NCBI GenBank assembly: GCA_034780895.1
Contig: JAUZTB010000017.1
Coordinates: 31,071,345-31,135,344, forward strand
Source of the DNA: Rhynchobatus australiae
Taxonomy: Eukaryota
DNA length: 64,000 nucleotides
Direction: 5' to 3'
Below the pieces are notes generated by a model. The model worked only from the letters and a program-made list of their open reading frames with translations, made no database searches and was not told the DNA's origin. Positions 35,543 to 49,480 of this stretch are shown here, one piece after another (position 1 is the first letter of the stretch; each line of letters begins with the position of its first letter). Both the position numbers and the translations under genes were made by a program.

Positions 35543-36430
35543 TAGAATCAGAGTTGTACAGCATAGAAACAGGCCCTTCAGCCCACTGCATCTATGCTGA
35601 CCAGCATGCCTATCTATACTAATGTCACTTGCCCACATTAATTCCATATGACTCTATGCCCTGCTCATTCAAGTACCTGTTAAGATGCTCTTTAAGTGAT
35701 GTCACTGTTCCTGCCTCCACCACCACCACCATCACTGGCAACTCATTCCAGCTACCAACTAGTTTGTATGAAAAATTTACCCCTCGGATCTCATTTAAAC
35801 CTTCTACTTCTCACCTTAAACCTATGCCCTCTAGTTTTAATCTCCCCTACCATGGGAGATGTTTGCTGGCTATGTACACTTTTCAATTTTATATACCTCT
35901 ATCATGTCACCTCTCAGCCTCCTTTGCTCAAGGGAAAACAGACATAGCCTACCCAATCTCTTTTGAAACTCAAGCCTTCCAATCCAGGTAACATCTTTGT
36001 GAATCTTTTCAGCACCGTCTCTAGCTTAATCACATTCTTCCTATAGTGTGGTGACCAGAACTGCGCACAAATCTCCAAGTCTGACCTAACCTACATTTTG
36101 TACAACTGTAACATGACATCTCAACTCCTATACTTAGTGCCTTGACTGATGAAGCCAAGCGTGCCATACATCTTCCTCACCACTCTGTCTACCTGTTTGC
36201 ATTTTCAGGGAACTATGCACTTGTATCCCAAGGTCTCTGTTCAACAACACTCCCCAGAGGCCTGCCATTCACAGTGTATGTCCTGTCCTGGTTTAACTTC
36301 CCAAACTGTGTCATTTCACACTTGTCCGAATTAAATTCCACTCGCCATTCCCTTTCCCACTTTCCCAGGTGATCGATATCCTGCTGTAACCTTAGACAAC
36401 CTTCATTGTCCAGTGTACCACCAACAGTTC
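35543..36430 (-). mobile_element. CR1 (HER1-like) LINE 3' fragment
   Basis: ORF 36213-36461 GCLRLQQDIDHLGKWEREWRVEFNSDKCEMTQFGKLNQDRTYTVNGRPLGSVVEQR is the CR1 RT C-terminus; tail at 35543 (TAGAATCAGAGTTGTACAGCATAGAAACAGGCCCTTC). Confidence 0.92.
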
Positions 36431-37544
36431 TGCTGTACATCACATAAGAACATTGGGCCATTTATTGAATTTTTGGCCTGTTTATGCTGAAAATGGTGAA
36501 ATACATTAATGATCTCATGGACTGAGTCAGAAGTCTAATTTATTTTAAAGTTATAATTTAATCAGATGGTTTGCAGACTCATTACAAAAACCCTCTTCCA
36601 TATCTTCCTTGGCTAAATTCACAGTGGTTTTAGCAGCTGAAGAACCCAAACAATCACAAATGTGTGCTGACAGGCTGTGGCCTTATCTTCCATTGTGCCA
36701 ACACAGTTTACAAGGAGATTGAATATTTTCAATTCATAGCTGAATTTTATTATGCTGTCATCTACACAGCAGTAAATCNNNNNNNNNNNNNNNNNNNNNN
36801 NNGCTTCAAAGTTCTTTTAAAATTGGTTGAAGGCTGAAATTCTCTTTTGAAATCATGAGGTGCATCCCCCATAATGAATACTGCAGCACTGTGTGCTTGT
36901 CGGCATGGGACTAAGGCATTGAATTGCACTGTAATGTCACACCAGCCTACTGTTCTGTGACATTTCTGAAAACTACAATGCATATTAAAGACAATGGCTA
37001 ATAAATAAATTAAACCTACAATTCACAAAGATGCTGTTTTCGAATGTTCTTGTTTTCCGTTACATGGTGAGAGGATTTTGAATTTTAGTTCCTGACCTGT
37101 TATTTTGTCTTGTGTCCTTGAATATGAAAGGCTGCCAAGCGATACTTTTTCTCCTTATGGAAAAAGGTGTGGTGTGTGGGAGTTTTGCTGGCAGAGTGCA
37201 TTGATTAATGCTTGCATCCATTTGCTATCAACTGCACTGTGAAGGTAATTGATTGTGTTTCCTGCCTGTATCAGAGACTTCATGTGCAGCTGTCCGTAGC
37301 TAAGCATGAAATGAGCTGTTGCTTAGCACATTTTATAACTATTTATTATATTAGAGTGTGCTTCAAGGACAAAATATTCTGATGCTTATTTACTTTAAAA
37401 GCTAATGGGATGGATTGCATTGGTGATAAGTGACATTGAGGAAGAGCCGAAAAAATAAATAATTAAAATATGTTGATAAAAGATTAAAACAACTGATATG
37501 TAAAATTAATTAAAATATTAATACTAATTAAAATAAAATTGAAG

Positions 37545-38972
37545 TTCCTTAAAGGGGTGGTCTAGCAATAGTGGATGCATTGGTTGTAATCTTCCAACAA
37601 TCCTTAGGTTCTGGAGAGTTACTAAAGGATTGGAAAACTGCCAACACGTTACCCTTATTTGGAAAGGGTGGGAGGCAAAAAACTAACTAGATACAGGCCA
37701 ACCTAACATTTATTATTGGAAATGCATTCGAATCAGTCAATAAGGAGGTAATAGCAAAACGTTTGCAAAGTCATAATTTGATTCACCAGAGTCGACGTGG
37801 TTCATCGTGGGGAAACAAAGTTGGACAAATCTGAAGAGTATCAGCCAGAATGATTAGAGGAGAATCAGTTTACACTTATCATTCAAAAGTGTTCAACAAT
37901 ATGCCACACAAAAGGTTACCTTACAAGATAAGAGTTCATGGTGTAGGATGTAATATATTGGTACAGATAAGAGGATTGGCTAACTAGCAGGAAGCACGAG
38001 CAGGGATTAGGGGAATATTTTCAGGTTGGCAACCTGTACCCGGTGGGGTGCCACAGGAATCTGTGCTTTACTGCAGTTATTTAGAATATATATTAGAGGA
38101 GGTAAGCAAATATGATGTAGTCATATTTGTTGATCATATAAATGTTGGGAGGCAGGCAAGCTATGAGGAAAATACAAATGGTTTACAGAGAGCCATTGAT
38201 GGATTAAGTGAGAGCAAAAAATTGACAAATTGAGTATAATTTTGGAAAATGTGAAGTTATTCAGTTTGGAAGGAAGAATGATAAAACTGATTATTATTTA
38301 AATGGAGAAAAACTGCAGGCAGCTACAACAAAGGGATTTGGGGGCCCTCATACATGAGTCATCATGAAGACCAATGCAATGCTGGTGTTTATTTCAAGGG
38401 GGTTGTCATATAAATGTAGGAAATTTATATTATAACTGTACAAAGACCTAGAACACACCATATGTTCTATGCACAATCCGATCCCCTAATTTAAGGAGGC
38501 AATTCAGAGAATGTTAACTAGGATTATCCAGGATATGGAGGGACTGCCCTGTGGGGAGGGGTTGAACAGGTTGGGTCTGTACTCATTGTAATTCAAAAGA
38601 ATGAAAAATGATCTTATTGAAATATGTAAGATTTTTAGGGGGCTTGATAGGATAAGTGCTAAAGGGGATATTTCCCTGCATGGAGTCTAGGACCAGAGGA
38701 CATTGCCTCAGAATAAGAGGATGCCCATTAAAAAATGAGATGAGAAGAAATTTCTTCTCTCAAAAGACTGAGTGTCTTTGGAATTCTTTGTGTCAGAAAG
38801 TGGCGGAGGCTGAATATTTGAAAACATTAAGCTGTGGTAGAATTATGGAGATTGGCTGGAAAAGTGGATTTGAGCAAAGTTGTATCAGCCTTGATCGTAT
38901 TGAATGGCAGAGCAGCTGTGAGGGACCAAATGGCCTACTTATGATCCTGTTTCCTATGATCTTATGGTCTTA
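37545..38972 (+). mobile_element. CR1 LINE, longer RT fragment with 3' UTR
   Basis: LVVIFQQSLGSGELLKDWKTANTLPLFGKG..., GVPQESVL, ESRTRGHCLRIRG...EMRRNFFSQ....LWNSL; tail CCTGTTTCCTATGATCTTATGGTCTTA. Confidence 0.88.
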
Positions 38973-41900
38973 AAAGCCAAAAACACACACTTTCACTTAA
39001 CTTTTTGTTTAGTGATTTTTGGCTACATTCAGATGAATGGGACCTACTGAATCTGTCATCTCTAGTTGACCTGAAGCTGAGAGGGCAAGATGCAAAATGT
39101 ATCAAACACCTCTGCTTAGGTCATTATGGAATATCCATTGACGATGGTAAATCCAGGGAAAAGACTGAAAGGCTTAGGGAGCCATATAGTCTCATCTTGC
39201 TCCTACCTCTTTTATGCTTGTGTAATAACCATCTTAAGTCTAAGTCCATATCCTTCACATTCAGCAGCATTTTCATCAATATCCAGGGATCAACATTGAA
39301 CAGGAACTTTGCAGACAACATGTAATAATTTCTGTCTGACAAATGTACTCGGGTTCTTTGAAGAAATGGCTAAATTAGAGAATAAATGGTATGAAATGTA
39401 TATAGTTTACATGAATATTTCAGGTAATTTTGAGCAAGTTTCATCTGAGCTTTCTGAAAGACTCTGAAGCTCACATTAACAGCATAGTAACAAATTTCTT
39501 TTATAATTATGAAGATGATAACTAACAGCAACTAATAGTCTAAGTGATGTGCTGGACCTCACTGGCGAATGCCAGTTTATCCGAAAAGAATTTTAGCTGT
39601 TGAAGTGGCAATAAGACCAGACGTTTTGTGTATGCTTTGTCAAGTATGGACCACCTGAACTTGCTGAATGACAGATGATGCTGCATCTGTATACATGTTC
39701 TGTCCATGGACTCCATGAGGAATTGGCTCTCACGTGCTAGAACAGGATCTGTGACCCCATTTCATTTGGGGTTGTAATGCTGTGAATATCAAAACTAAAA
39801 GAATTTAATTTTATCAATTGCTTAAAGTTATATTAATGCTTTTATTTATGCTTTTATGTTTCTTTACCTTTTCAAAGACAGTAATTTTTAAAAATTGTTT
39901 ACTTCAAATTTAATGTGTGCCAGAAATGTCTAAAAGATAATGAAAGATCCCTCAGCTTTGAAAGCCTGCAAGACTGGGGATAAGGCTTTTTGCTCAATGG
40001 CTTATCAAAAGTTCTTTTGTTGCTCTCCAGGAGTCTTGAGCAAGTAAGATTTTTGCCTTTTACATCCAGACTAAGTTTTAAAAAAAAACAATATTGTGGG
40101 ACTGCAATGAATGATTCCAGGCAACAGATGTAGGTCAACTAGTGTTGGTGTGATGTATCTTGTCTTAAGTTGTTCTGTATTTTTTGTAATCAGTTGTACA
40201 ACACAGCAAACTATTCCAATAGTAGATTAAAAACACTGATAAACATAAAATTTTACCTCTGGTGACTTCTAAAATAATTAGTGAAAGACTCCTGATGAGA
40301 TTTTTTTCTATGTAGTACACAAGGATTGGAGATGATGCATTATTTTGAGGACTTGTAGACATTAAGCTAAAATGGAAGTAGCTGTTCACAGTAAGGAGAA
40401 GTACTGAATGGTGGTGCCAGTTAATAGATTTTCCTTCCGCGTTGTCAGTGTCAGGTACTCGTCAATTTGATATGATAAGGGTTAACTGCAGGGTAAAATT
40501 TGTTCAACTTTATCCCTTCAATTATAACCTTCGAAATGAACTCCCTGCTGCACCAGTACAAATTGTAGGCTAATGATTCTTAACTAGGTTGAAAATCCCC
40601 AAACTAATTTTGTGCAGACTTTCAGTAGACACAAGAGAGAAGTCATTTCTTGCTACTTTCCAACAGAAAGATCACTGGATTTTAGGATTCATGGGAGTAC
40701 TTCCATCAGGGTTCTCCACAAGTCTGCCATAAGACCAGCAGAAGCCACAGGAATATGGCAATTTACAGTGGCAATCAAAGGAGGTTTGCAGAAACCTATC
40801 TCTGATATTTTATGCATTCAAAAATTAAGTCCATTTTAATATCAATAAAGGAACATTGACATGAATATGCAATCAAAATAATTAAGTGCTTTGATAGCGC
40901 AGATTGAGAGAAAATGATTCATTGACAGGAGTGTTAGTAACAGTCCACATGGATTAAAGCGAATTCACAAAATGAAACTGCAGAAATATAAGTAGATTTA
41001 TTTCATTTATTAACATGTTATGACCTGAATGCACTCAGTGGAAAGTTTCACAAATGTCATTCAACAAATATGGTCTCCATCTATGGCGTATGGTTTTGCA
41101 GTTATGAAATGCATGTAGGTATTAATACATAAAGGATATTTTCAGTAGTCTCCAAACTACAGACTTTTGGCAGATCAGTGTACCAAATCAATTTTCTTCT
41201 GGATATGTCAGCACTATGATATTGTAAATGTACTTCAGGTGAAGCAAAATAAATCATTTCCATATTTGTTTTGCGTCACTCTGAAAATTTGACTCAATTT
41301 TCCTCCCGCTTGCACATTGAATACTATCTTTGTGTCAAGTGTGCGCAAATGATATCAGTCCCCATGTAACATTCTACCAACTGAAAATGCATGGTGCAGT
41401 CTAGGGCACTATGAGGGTAAGTGTATTGCTTATCTTCTACCCTTTGGGGCCCATGTTCCCAGGTCCTGAATAATTACAACATTGACCTTCACTCCTCAAT
41501 CTTTCACTGACAATACTTACAGTGGCCTTGGTTTTTATGACTTTTGATCCTCCAGCTCTCTCATGCTTAGTCATAGAGGCCCTGAACCGAACCCACCAAC
41601 CTCCTCCTCCCAGGAGGTCTAAATGAGACCATCCAACTGCTGAACCTCTCTCCCATTTTGAACTTGGCCTTGGTTCAGGCGAGAGCACCCTGCAGTCCTC
41701 TTGGGCTCCACTGAAGTTTGCAGCGACAAAACAATCACAAGCCCACCACAGAACAACCATTCTACATGCCCATAGCAGCAGACTACAATTTCCAGACCAT
41801 ATTCTCGTGATCAGTCAACTTTTCATTCTCACTAAGTGAGGAATATTAATGTTGAGATGAGCACATTTCTGTCTTTCAGTATCAGAAGTTAGCATGCTCT

Positions 41901-42929
41901 AATCAAATATACCGAAGATAAAACTTCTTTGACTCCAGATGAAAATGACCCCAATCCCTCTGCCAAAGAACACCTGTTCCTGCACTACATTGCCAGACTC
42001 ACCACCGGAAACTGCCAGTTTGTGGAAGAGTTGGAAAAAGGCTTTGAGTCCAGGTAACAAGTTGAGGTTCTGTGACAGGCATCTTTACAGCTAATGGGAA
42101 AAAAAGGTAAGTTATTTTCTCTATCAGACAGGGCTGCATTGGAACCCTGGCCCCTAACATTAAAAAAAATCAAAGATCTGATCTTTGTTTTATGACCATA
42201 ATATGGTCTGTTAGGATCATATAGCACGTGGTTAATGACCATTGAAACCATTTGTTATATAGCACATAAAACTATTCTTGGGAGATGCACTTTTGGCTGT
42301 ATAATGCTTCATGCACTCTGAGGCAAAGTGCCAGAGTATCACTGCTAATGTGACTTGAGAGATGAATATTCAGGAATCTACTGAAAATATTTTTCTCCTT
42401 GCCTCACTTTGTCAGAAAAATGAACAAGGCAAAGTGACTGGGAGTGACTCCAAGTGGAGAAGTAGGCTGGTGGGGGTTGATGTTGATCAGGCTTTATTTA
42501 TTTCAAGTATGACTGAATGATGACTTTTACAAGGTGAAAGAAAACTTCATGAAGTATTTCTGCATTTGAAGCAACTGGGTAACTCAGAGTAAGTCTATCT
42601 TTTCCAATTTCTGTCGTGTTTATCTAAATGCGGAGCTGCCGCTTAGCATTTTTGTATTTGTAATTCTGACAGTAGTTTTCTTCTGATCAAAGCAAATCTC
42701 CTGCATTCTTTGAGTTGCTCAACCACATTGCTGTCTGCATTCATCTCTCTAATCAACCCAGCTATCTATCTCTATAACTTGCTCTGCTGACTGTCCCTCC
42801 AACACACTCTTAGCTTATTCTGCCATTCCTTTCTCTAATGTCATCCTGCCTATCTTCTTTGCCCTGCCCATTTCCCTCACCCACCTGTTACTTCATCTCA
42901 CTGACTTATTTTGCTGTCCATCTCTCGCA

Positions 42930-43215
42930 AGGGGCATAAGAAGTAGGAATATTATTAGGCCATGTGGACTTCTGAGCCTGTTGCTCCATTCAATAATATC
43001 ATAGTGTGTTGCATCTTAATCTACTTTCCTGCTTCATAATCTTGAATGCTACCCCCAAGTCCAAAAATCAATCTTGGCCTTGAATATTTTAATGACACAG
43101 ACTCTACTGTGTTCTCTGGTAGAGATTTCCAAAATTTTGCAACTCACTTAAGGAGCTTCCTCCTCTTCTCCATCTTAAATGGGTGATCCCTCATTAAGAA
43201 ACTATGCCCCTCTCC
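42930..43215 (-). mobile_element. CR1 3' end running into a gap
   Basis: CATAAGAAGTAGGAATATTATTAGGCCATGTGG...GCTCCATTCAATAATATCAT...GGTAGAGATTTCCAAA is the reverse CR1 tail. Confidence 0.7.
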
Positions 43216-44179
43216 NNNNNNNNNNNNNNNNNNNNNNNNNNNNNNNNNNNNNNNNNNNNNNNNNNNNNNNNNNNNNNNNNNNNNNNNNNNNNNNNNNNNN
43301 NNNNNNNNNNNNNNNNNNNNNNNNNNNNNNNNNNNNNNNNNNNNNNNNNNNNNNNNNNNNNNNNNNNNNNNNNNNNNNNNNNNNNNNNNNNNNNNNNNNN
43401 NNNNNNNNNNNNNNNNNNNNNNNNNNNNNNNNNNNNNNNNNNNNNNNNNNNNNNNNNNNNNNNNNNNNNNNNNNNNNNNNNNNNNNNNNNNNNNNNNNNN
43501 NNNNNNNNNNNNNNNNNNNNNNNNNNNNNNNNNNNNNNNNNNNNNNNNNNNNNNNNNNNNNNNNNNNNNNNNNNNNNNNNNNNNNNNNNNNNNNNNNNNN
43601 NNNNNNNNNNNNNNNNNNNNNNNNNNNNNNNNNNNNNNNNNNNNNNNNNNNNNNNNNNNNNNNNNNNNNNNNNNNNNNNNNNNNNNNNNNNNNNNNNNNN
43701 NNNNNNNNNNNNNNNNNNCCTATTAAATGGATATGCTCGAATTTCACCATTTAATACTCCTCTCAAATATTTGCCCATTCACTCAAGCCACCTATATCCC
43801 TTTGCAGATTCTTTACCTCCTCCCAACGGGCTTTCCCATTGATCTTTTGTATCAATAATGAGTGAGTGTCACTGTTTGAAAATAAGTAGTTGGCCATTTC
43901 AGGCATCTTTTTCTCTGTGTCTTCTGTATTTGGAACACTGTTTTGTCAAAGAAAGGTGGAACCAGACTATTTTTAAGGCAGAGGTAGATGGGTGCTTCCT
44001 AAGCTGCTTATAATCATATCAGCCATAATATTCGTGCCAGTTAGTTTAACTTCAGAGGTGGGCAAATTCTAAGGCCCAGTTTAAACCTTTTGAAAAGGCA
44101 CAGATTAATCACAGACAGGGGTATCTATAGGGACTGTACCTGGGGTGTGGGACACACAGACTGGACTGGGTGTACCCAG

Positions 44180-44540
44180 GGTATTTAGGAGGCGGAGGGT
44201 GACCTTACAGAGGTTTATAAAATCATTAGAGGCATAGGTAATGTGGATGATCGCAAACTTCCTCAGGGTGGGGGAGTCTAAAACTAGAGGGCGTGGGTTT
44301 AAGGTGAGAGCGGGAAGATTTAAAGGGGACCTGAGGGGTCAGTTTTTCACCCAGAGGGTGGTGGGTTTGTGGAATGAGCTGCTAGAGGAGGTGTTAGAGG
44401 GGGAAACGATAAAAACATTTGAAAGCCATTTGGAGGAGTACATAAGGGATATGGGCCACACACAGGCAAATGGAAATAGTTCAGTCAGGCACCTCGGTCA
44501 GCATGGATGGGTTGGGCTGAAGGACCTGTTTCTGTGCTGG
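44180..44540 (+). mobile_element. CR1 3' end
   Basis: GESKTRGRGFKVRAGRFKGDLRGQFFTQRVVGLWNELLEEV (ORF 44241-44597) is the CR1 ORF2 C-terminus. Confidence 0.92.
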
Positions 44541-47500
44541 GCACCTTTCTCTGGATCTATTAAACACAGGAGAAGACAGAAGGGCTGTGTGGCTTAATCT
44601 TGCTCCTCACTTACCTTTTCATCTTTCTGGACCTCCCACCTATATCACACAGTCATGATTGCCCCCACTAATCCTAGATTCACCAATCCCCCTGGTCCCA
44701 GCTGTTTCATCACCCCCCCAAGTCCCAGCTGTTTCATCACCTCCCAGTCCCACCTCTTCCATCATCCTCACCCTAAATTTATAATCACTCCTTATCTACC
44801 CCATCTCCTGGCCACATATCTCCAACCATTCCTGGCTCTGAATGCCTGATCAGTCCCTAGCTCTGCCACCTCCATTACCCTGTCCTCTATCTCCCCTTCA
44901 CGGCCCAATCAGCCCCCCCCGCCCCCCCCCCCCCCGAAAGTCACCTTTGGGCTTGTCTCCTCCATCACTCTGACTCATTAATCATCTCAAGACCCAACTC
45001 TCTGATCACCCTGACCCCGGCTGACTGATTGGCTTCTAGCTCTGCCTCCTCCATCTCCTGTGACCCAGTCAAGCTTCTGATGCAGCATCCCCACTTTAGA
45101 CCAAGAGTGAGGCAGAACTCAACTCAACTCAACCCCAAGTACTGCAGTGTGGCAGCCCTTTGACTGCTGGCCCTTTCTCCCACGCCAGATCTCCTGGACC
45201 TGAGTCTGCCCCAGATGTTGCATTTTCCTGTGCATGGTCCAAAGTGCAGGAAGTGTTGCAGCAGTTCAGTTGTGCGCAAAGCCACTGATGTTTGCCACAC
45301 CAATCATGCGACTGAAACTACTTGTTGGCCTGCCACACAACAACCTTTAATTGTATGCTACAATTTCTAGGGCAGTGTGCTGAAGGACAAGTTGTAAATA
45401 TAACATGGGAAATTGAGTGATTGAGACTTAATGTAGGACAGGTTATATTTGCACAAATTGAACTGCAGCTTGAGTTACTTTGATTTTAAAGCATTTTTAA
45501 CATATTTCAATCTCTGTATCATATTCTGTTTATTTGCTTGAAAATAGCCAATATTGAAGTCTTCAGGAAATTAGAGGCCTCTTCTTCTAATGTGAATTAT
45601 TGGAATAGTGAGGCAGTGAAAATATGAAAATAGTCATGTTTTACGTAAGAGCATAAACATACACTATTTCTTTAAATTTGTGTTTTGTGCTGCTTTTTTG
45701 ATCCCAGGGAGAAACTGGCATCTGCATATGTTGAACGTCAATGTGATGCTGTTTCCTCTTGTTTGTGTGCAGTGCTCCAGCACACAAACGTGAAGAAATG
45801 ACTAAAATAGCCGTATTACTAATTTTAATAGCAATATTAATTTGATAGAATAGAATGGCACAGATATTAGCAGTATATCGTATCAGCAAAACCAATCCCC
45901 AGGGGATTGAAGCAAGTTGATTGAACCAAGTAGATGCAGAAATCTGAAGTAAAATTCAGGCTCATAGTTTGTGGTATAATTTAACGATTGATATAACTTC
46001 AATGTATTAATATTTCTAGTTCTCAATCTGAACTTGTTTTTTGTATTTCAAACCTAATCTTGCTGTTCTCCTTGAAGCAGTGTGTTTATGTTGGGTGACT
46101 GAACAATAAATAATACATGAATAAAACCAAAGTTTGTTTGCCTAATATGACGGGATCATTTTGGCAGATTTGGGAAAGTTATGATCTTTGGTCCAAATAT
46201 GCACGGATTTGGCACCTACCCCAAGTCACCATCAAGAGGCTGTTTTCAGATTTGGTATTATTTTAATTTAACTGTCAAACTGTGAACACTGAGCAGATGC
46301 CTGGCTGTACTTCGTTCTATATACACCTCAAATATACACTCACCCCAAATACTTCCCGGTCCTGTATTAGATACATAATTAACTTTAAGGACTATTATGA
46401 TGACAGCCTTGTACCTGGTACAAGTTAGCTTGGCATGTATGGCAAGACTGCTTGTTTGCACATGGAAATTGCAATTGGGGCTCTACAGCTGTCAAAGGAT
46501 GTTAGTTAGTATACTTTGTTTAAACAACCCTTTGTATGTTTACAGGAAGGCTTGAGTGTAAATGTAAAAGGCAGCCTGAAAATTTAAGAAGAGGTTGAAC
46601 AGAGCAATCAATATTTGACTGTTAAATGTCTGTCCAAAATCCCACCAATTTGGCTCAGCGAATTGCTTACTGTTTTGTTTAGATGAGAAAAGCATGCAAG
46701 CACCCATTGCCCTGAATTTTTAGTCTGAGTCTGAAAATTGTTGCTGAAGCTCTACTTCAGAATCTTGGTTGACAGTTTGCTACAGTACAGTGGGACCATC
46801 ACATACTTGGAGAGTACTGATTTTCAGATGAGTCATTAAAAAAACCTGATGGTAAATGTGAGATTCTCCGTCTCNNNNNNNNNNNNNNNNNNNNNNNNNN
46901 NNNNNNNNNNNNNNNNNNNNNNNNNNNNNNNNNNNNNNNNNNNNNNNNNNNNNNNNNNNNNNNNNNNNNNNNNNNNNNNNNNNNNNNNNNNNNNNNNNNN
47001 NNNNNNNNNNNNNNNNNNNNNNNCTGGCCTCTAATGCAGCAGTTACCAGATTTTAAAATACTAAGTGGCTTGGTTTGGGACTGAGTCTTGAGATATTGAC
47101 AGACACCGCATAAATGTGATTTTTTCCTTTCGCATCAATGTAAAATTCTGAACACTTTTAACCAGTGCCTATCAAGTGAATGCATAAAATGGCACCAAAC
47201 CAATAACCACCATCAGAGAGGCCTCCCGCAGTAGGGAGCATACACAGCTCCCTGTTTCTGGAAGATGAATTCTTTTTTCCGATTGAAGTTGGAATGTATT
47301 TTTGGATCAGCAGTGATACTGTGAACTTGTATTGCATCTGGGCTTGATGTACCCGATCTTCCAGTGACTGGCATTGATACTGGCTACATAGGCAGTAAAG
47401 CAGATTGCTTCCCATGTTCCTGTAATTGCTTGAAGAGATTCACATAGAGGAAAAGTAACCATTCAACTCACCCAATGTTGTAATTTTTTAAAATCAGAGT

Positions 47501-47974
47501 TATAAATGCAGTTTCTTCTTTTCACTACCCCTACCCCCAATTCTGTCCCTGCTTCCAGACCAATTCAATCTTCTCTCCTACCTTACCCACACTTAAAATT
47601 TCCAATTGCAGTTCTGGACATGGGATCAGGCAGAGGATCATCTGAGACAATTTGACAAATTGCAATCATTCTTCAGTCCTTAATTTCAAGAAGGGTTTGC
47701 AAAGGGGCATGCTTTTTGATCTTGCTTTCCTGGGTGGTTTTTCTAAAATTCAGTAAGATCGCCAAGATATTTGTGAAAACAAAATTGTAATGTACTTCAT
47801 TTGGAACACCACATATACTGCCTTCCAAAAAGATTTTATTTTGGTAAAGCCAGAAAAATTGAAATCGTTAACCTGCTTCATACTGGGAGATGAATCATCA
47901 TTGACATAATCATTCGAATCAACTCCATTTTTGTATTATTGTGATTTATACTCGTACTGTTAATTAATTTTCAG

Positions 47975-48760
47975 GCTATGTATGTTGCTACCAAGGCCAG
48001 CATTTATTGCTCTTGAAAAAGTGGTGGTGAACTACCTTCCTGAAATGTTGCAGTCCATCTTGTGAAGGCATTCCCGTGTTGCTGTTGGATTGGAAGTTCC
48101 AGGATTTAGACCCAGCAGTGATGAAGGTCCAGTGGTATATTTCTAATTCAGAAAGATGTGTAATTTGTAGAGGATCCTGCAGTTGGTGGTGTTTCCATGC
48201 ACCTGCTTACTTTGTAATTCTTGGTGGTAGAGCTTGCGGATTTGAGAAGTGCTGATGGAGTAGCCTGGGCAAGTAACTGCAATGTATTTTGTAGATGTAC
48301 GAGCTGCAGCATTGGTGCACTGGTGGGGCAGGTTTTGAATGTTTACGTAGTTGATGGGGTGCCAATTAAGCAGACTGCTTTATCCTAGGTGACGGTGTGC
48401 TTCTTGAGAGTTGCTTGCATTGTACTCATCCAGGCAGAGTGTAGCACTACACTCCTGATTTGTGGTTTTTAGACACTGGAAAGGCCTTGGAGTATCAGGA
48501 GGTGAATCAGTTGTTGCAGGATACTCAGCCCCTGAGCAGTCATGATATTTATGTGACTGGTTCAGTTGAATTTTCAGTTAATAGTGGCCCCCAAAATATT
48601 GATAACAGGGGACCTGGTGATGATGCAACTGAATGCCATGGGTAGATGGTTGGACAACCTCTTGATGGAATTGGCCATTCCCTGACACTTTTGTAGCATG
48701 AATTTTACTTGTTAATTGCCAGTCCCTGCTTGAATGTTGTCTAGATCTTGCTGCATGTAG
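47975..48760 (-). mobile_element. CR1-group LINE, second family, 3' fragment
   Basis: CCAAGGCCAGCATTTATTGCTCTTGAAAAAGTGGTGGTGAACTACCTTC...; homologous to 34170-34950. Confidence 0.78.
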
Positions 48761-48844
48761 GCATAATAATGGAAACAGTATTGTGATTGGTGCTAGAAAT
48801 GCAGCTTGAAATGGATAAGACAATGGCTTTATGATTTTTTTTTG

Positions 48845-49480
48845 TTATGGGATTGGTGATAACTCTGCTATGGGGACAGGAGCTAGAGATGGTATTGGGA
48901 TTGTTACTCTTCTGGTACATTTACTGATACTATCTCTGCTATAGGGTTTGGTTCTCTTGCTTGGAATTGTTGTTACACTGGTATGGGGATATGTGTTGTC
49001 TCTGTTATTAGCCACATTATAGCTTTTCAATGGGGATATGTATGGACACATTGGGTTTGTTGCTGATAATGTTTTGGGATTAGTGCTGATACTTGTTTTG
49101 GTATTGATGCTGGCAATTGTATTGAGGTTGTGAATCTATGTTATAGATAGGCATTGGGATTGATACTGATAATCGTATTCGTATTGTTGCTGGAACTGAT
49201 TTGATGGGCTCAGCACAGGTAAAGAAATTGATGCTGATATTGAGATTGCTGTTTGCACTGGTGTTCGGAATTGATGCAGTTTCCAGGGATTGGGAATTGG
49301 TGCAATTTCTAGGGATTGGGAATTGATGGCCAGTACTGATTTTTGTATTAGTGTTGAAAATGATATTGGAACTGACCTGGAATTGGGTTTAGCATTAGTA
49401 TTAGGATTGGGGTTGATGCTGGTACTGAGACTGGTGCTGACACTAGCTTTGAGATTGTTGCTGGAAATTGGTTCAGTATA
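48845..49480. repeat. Degenerate G/T-rich periodic repeat (hexamer-based, GGTATT/GGGATT/GATGCT-like units)
   Basis: Recurrent CTGGTATTGGGATTG(A/T)TG-like units; local duplication TTCCAGGGATTGGGAATTG / TTCTAGGGATTGGGAATTG at ~49281-49326. Confidence 0.65.

Noticed and set aside
43179-43842. Longest ORFs in the track (182-212 aa)
   Set aside because: Almost entirely N-gap; the same applies to ORFs over the gaps at 2.5, 16.9, 46.9, 54.5 and 60.4 kb.
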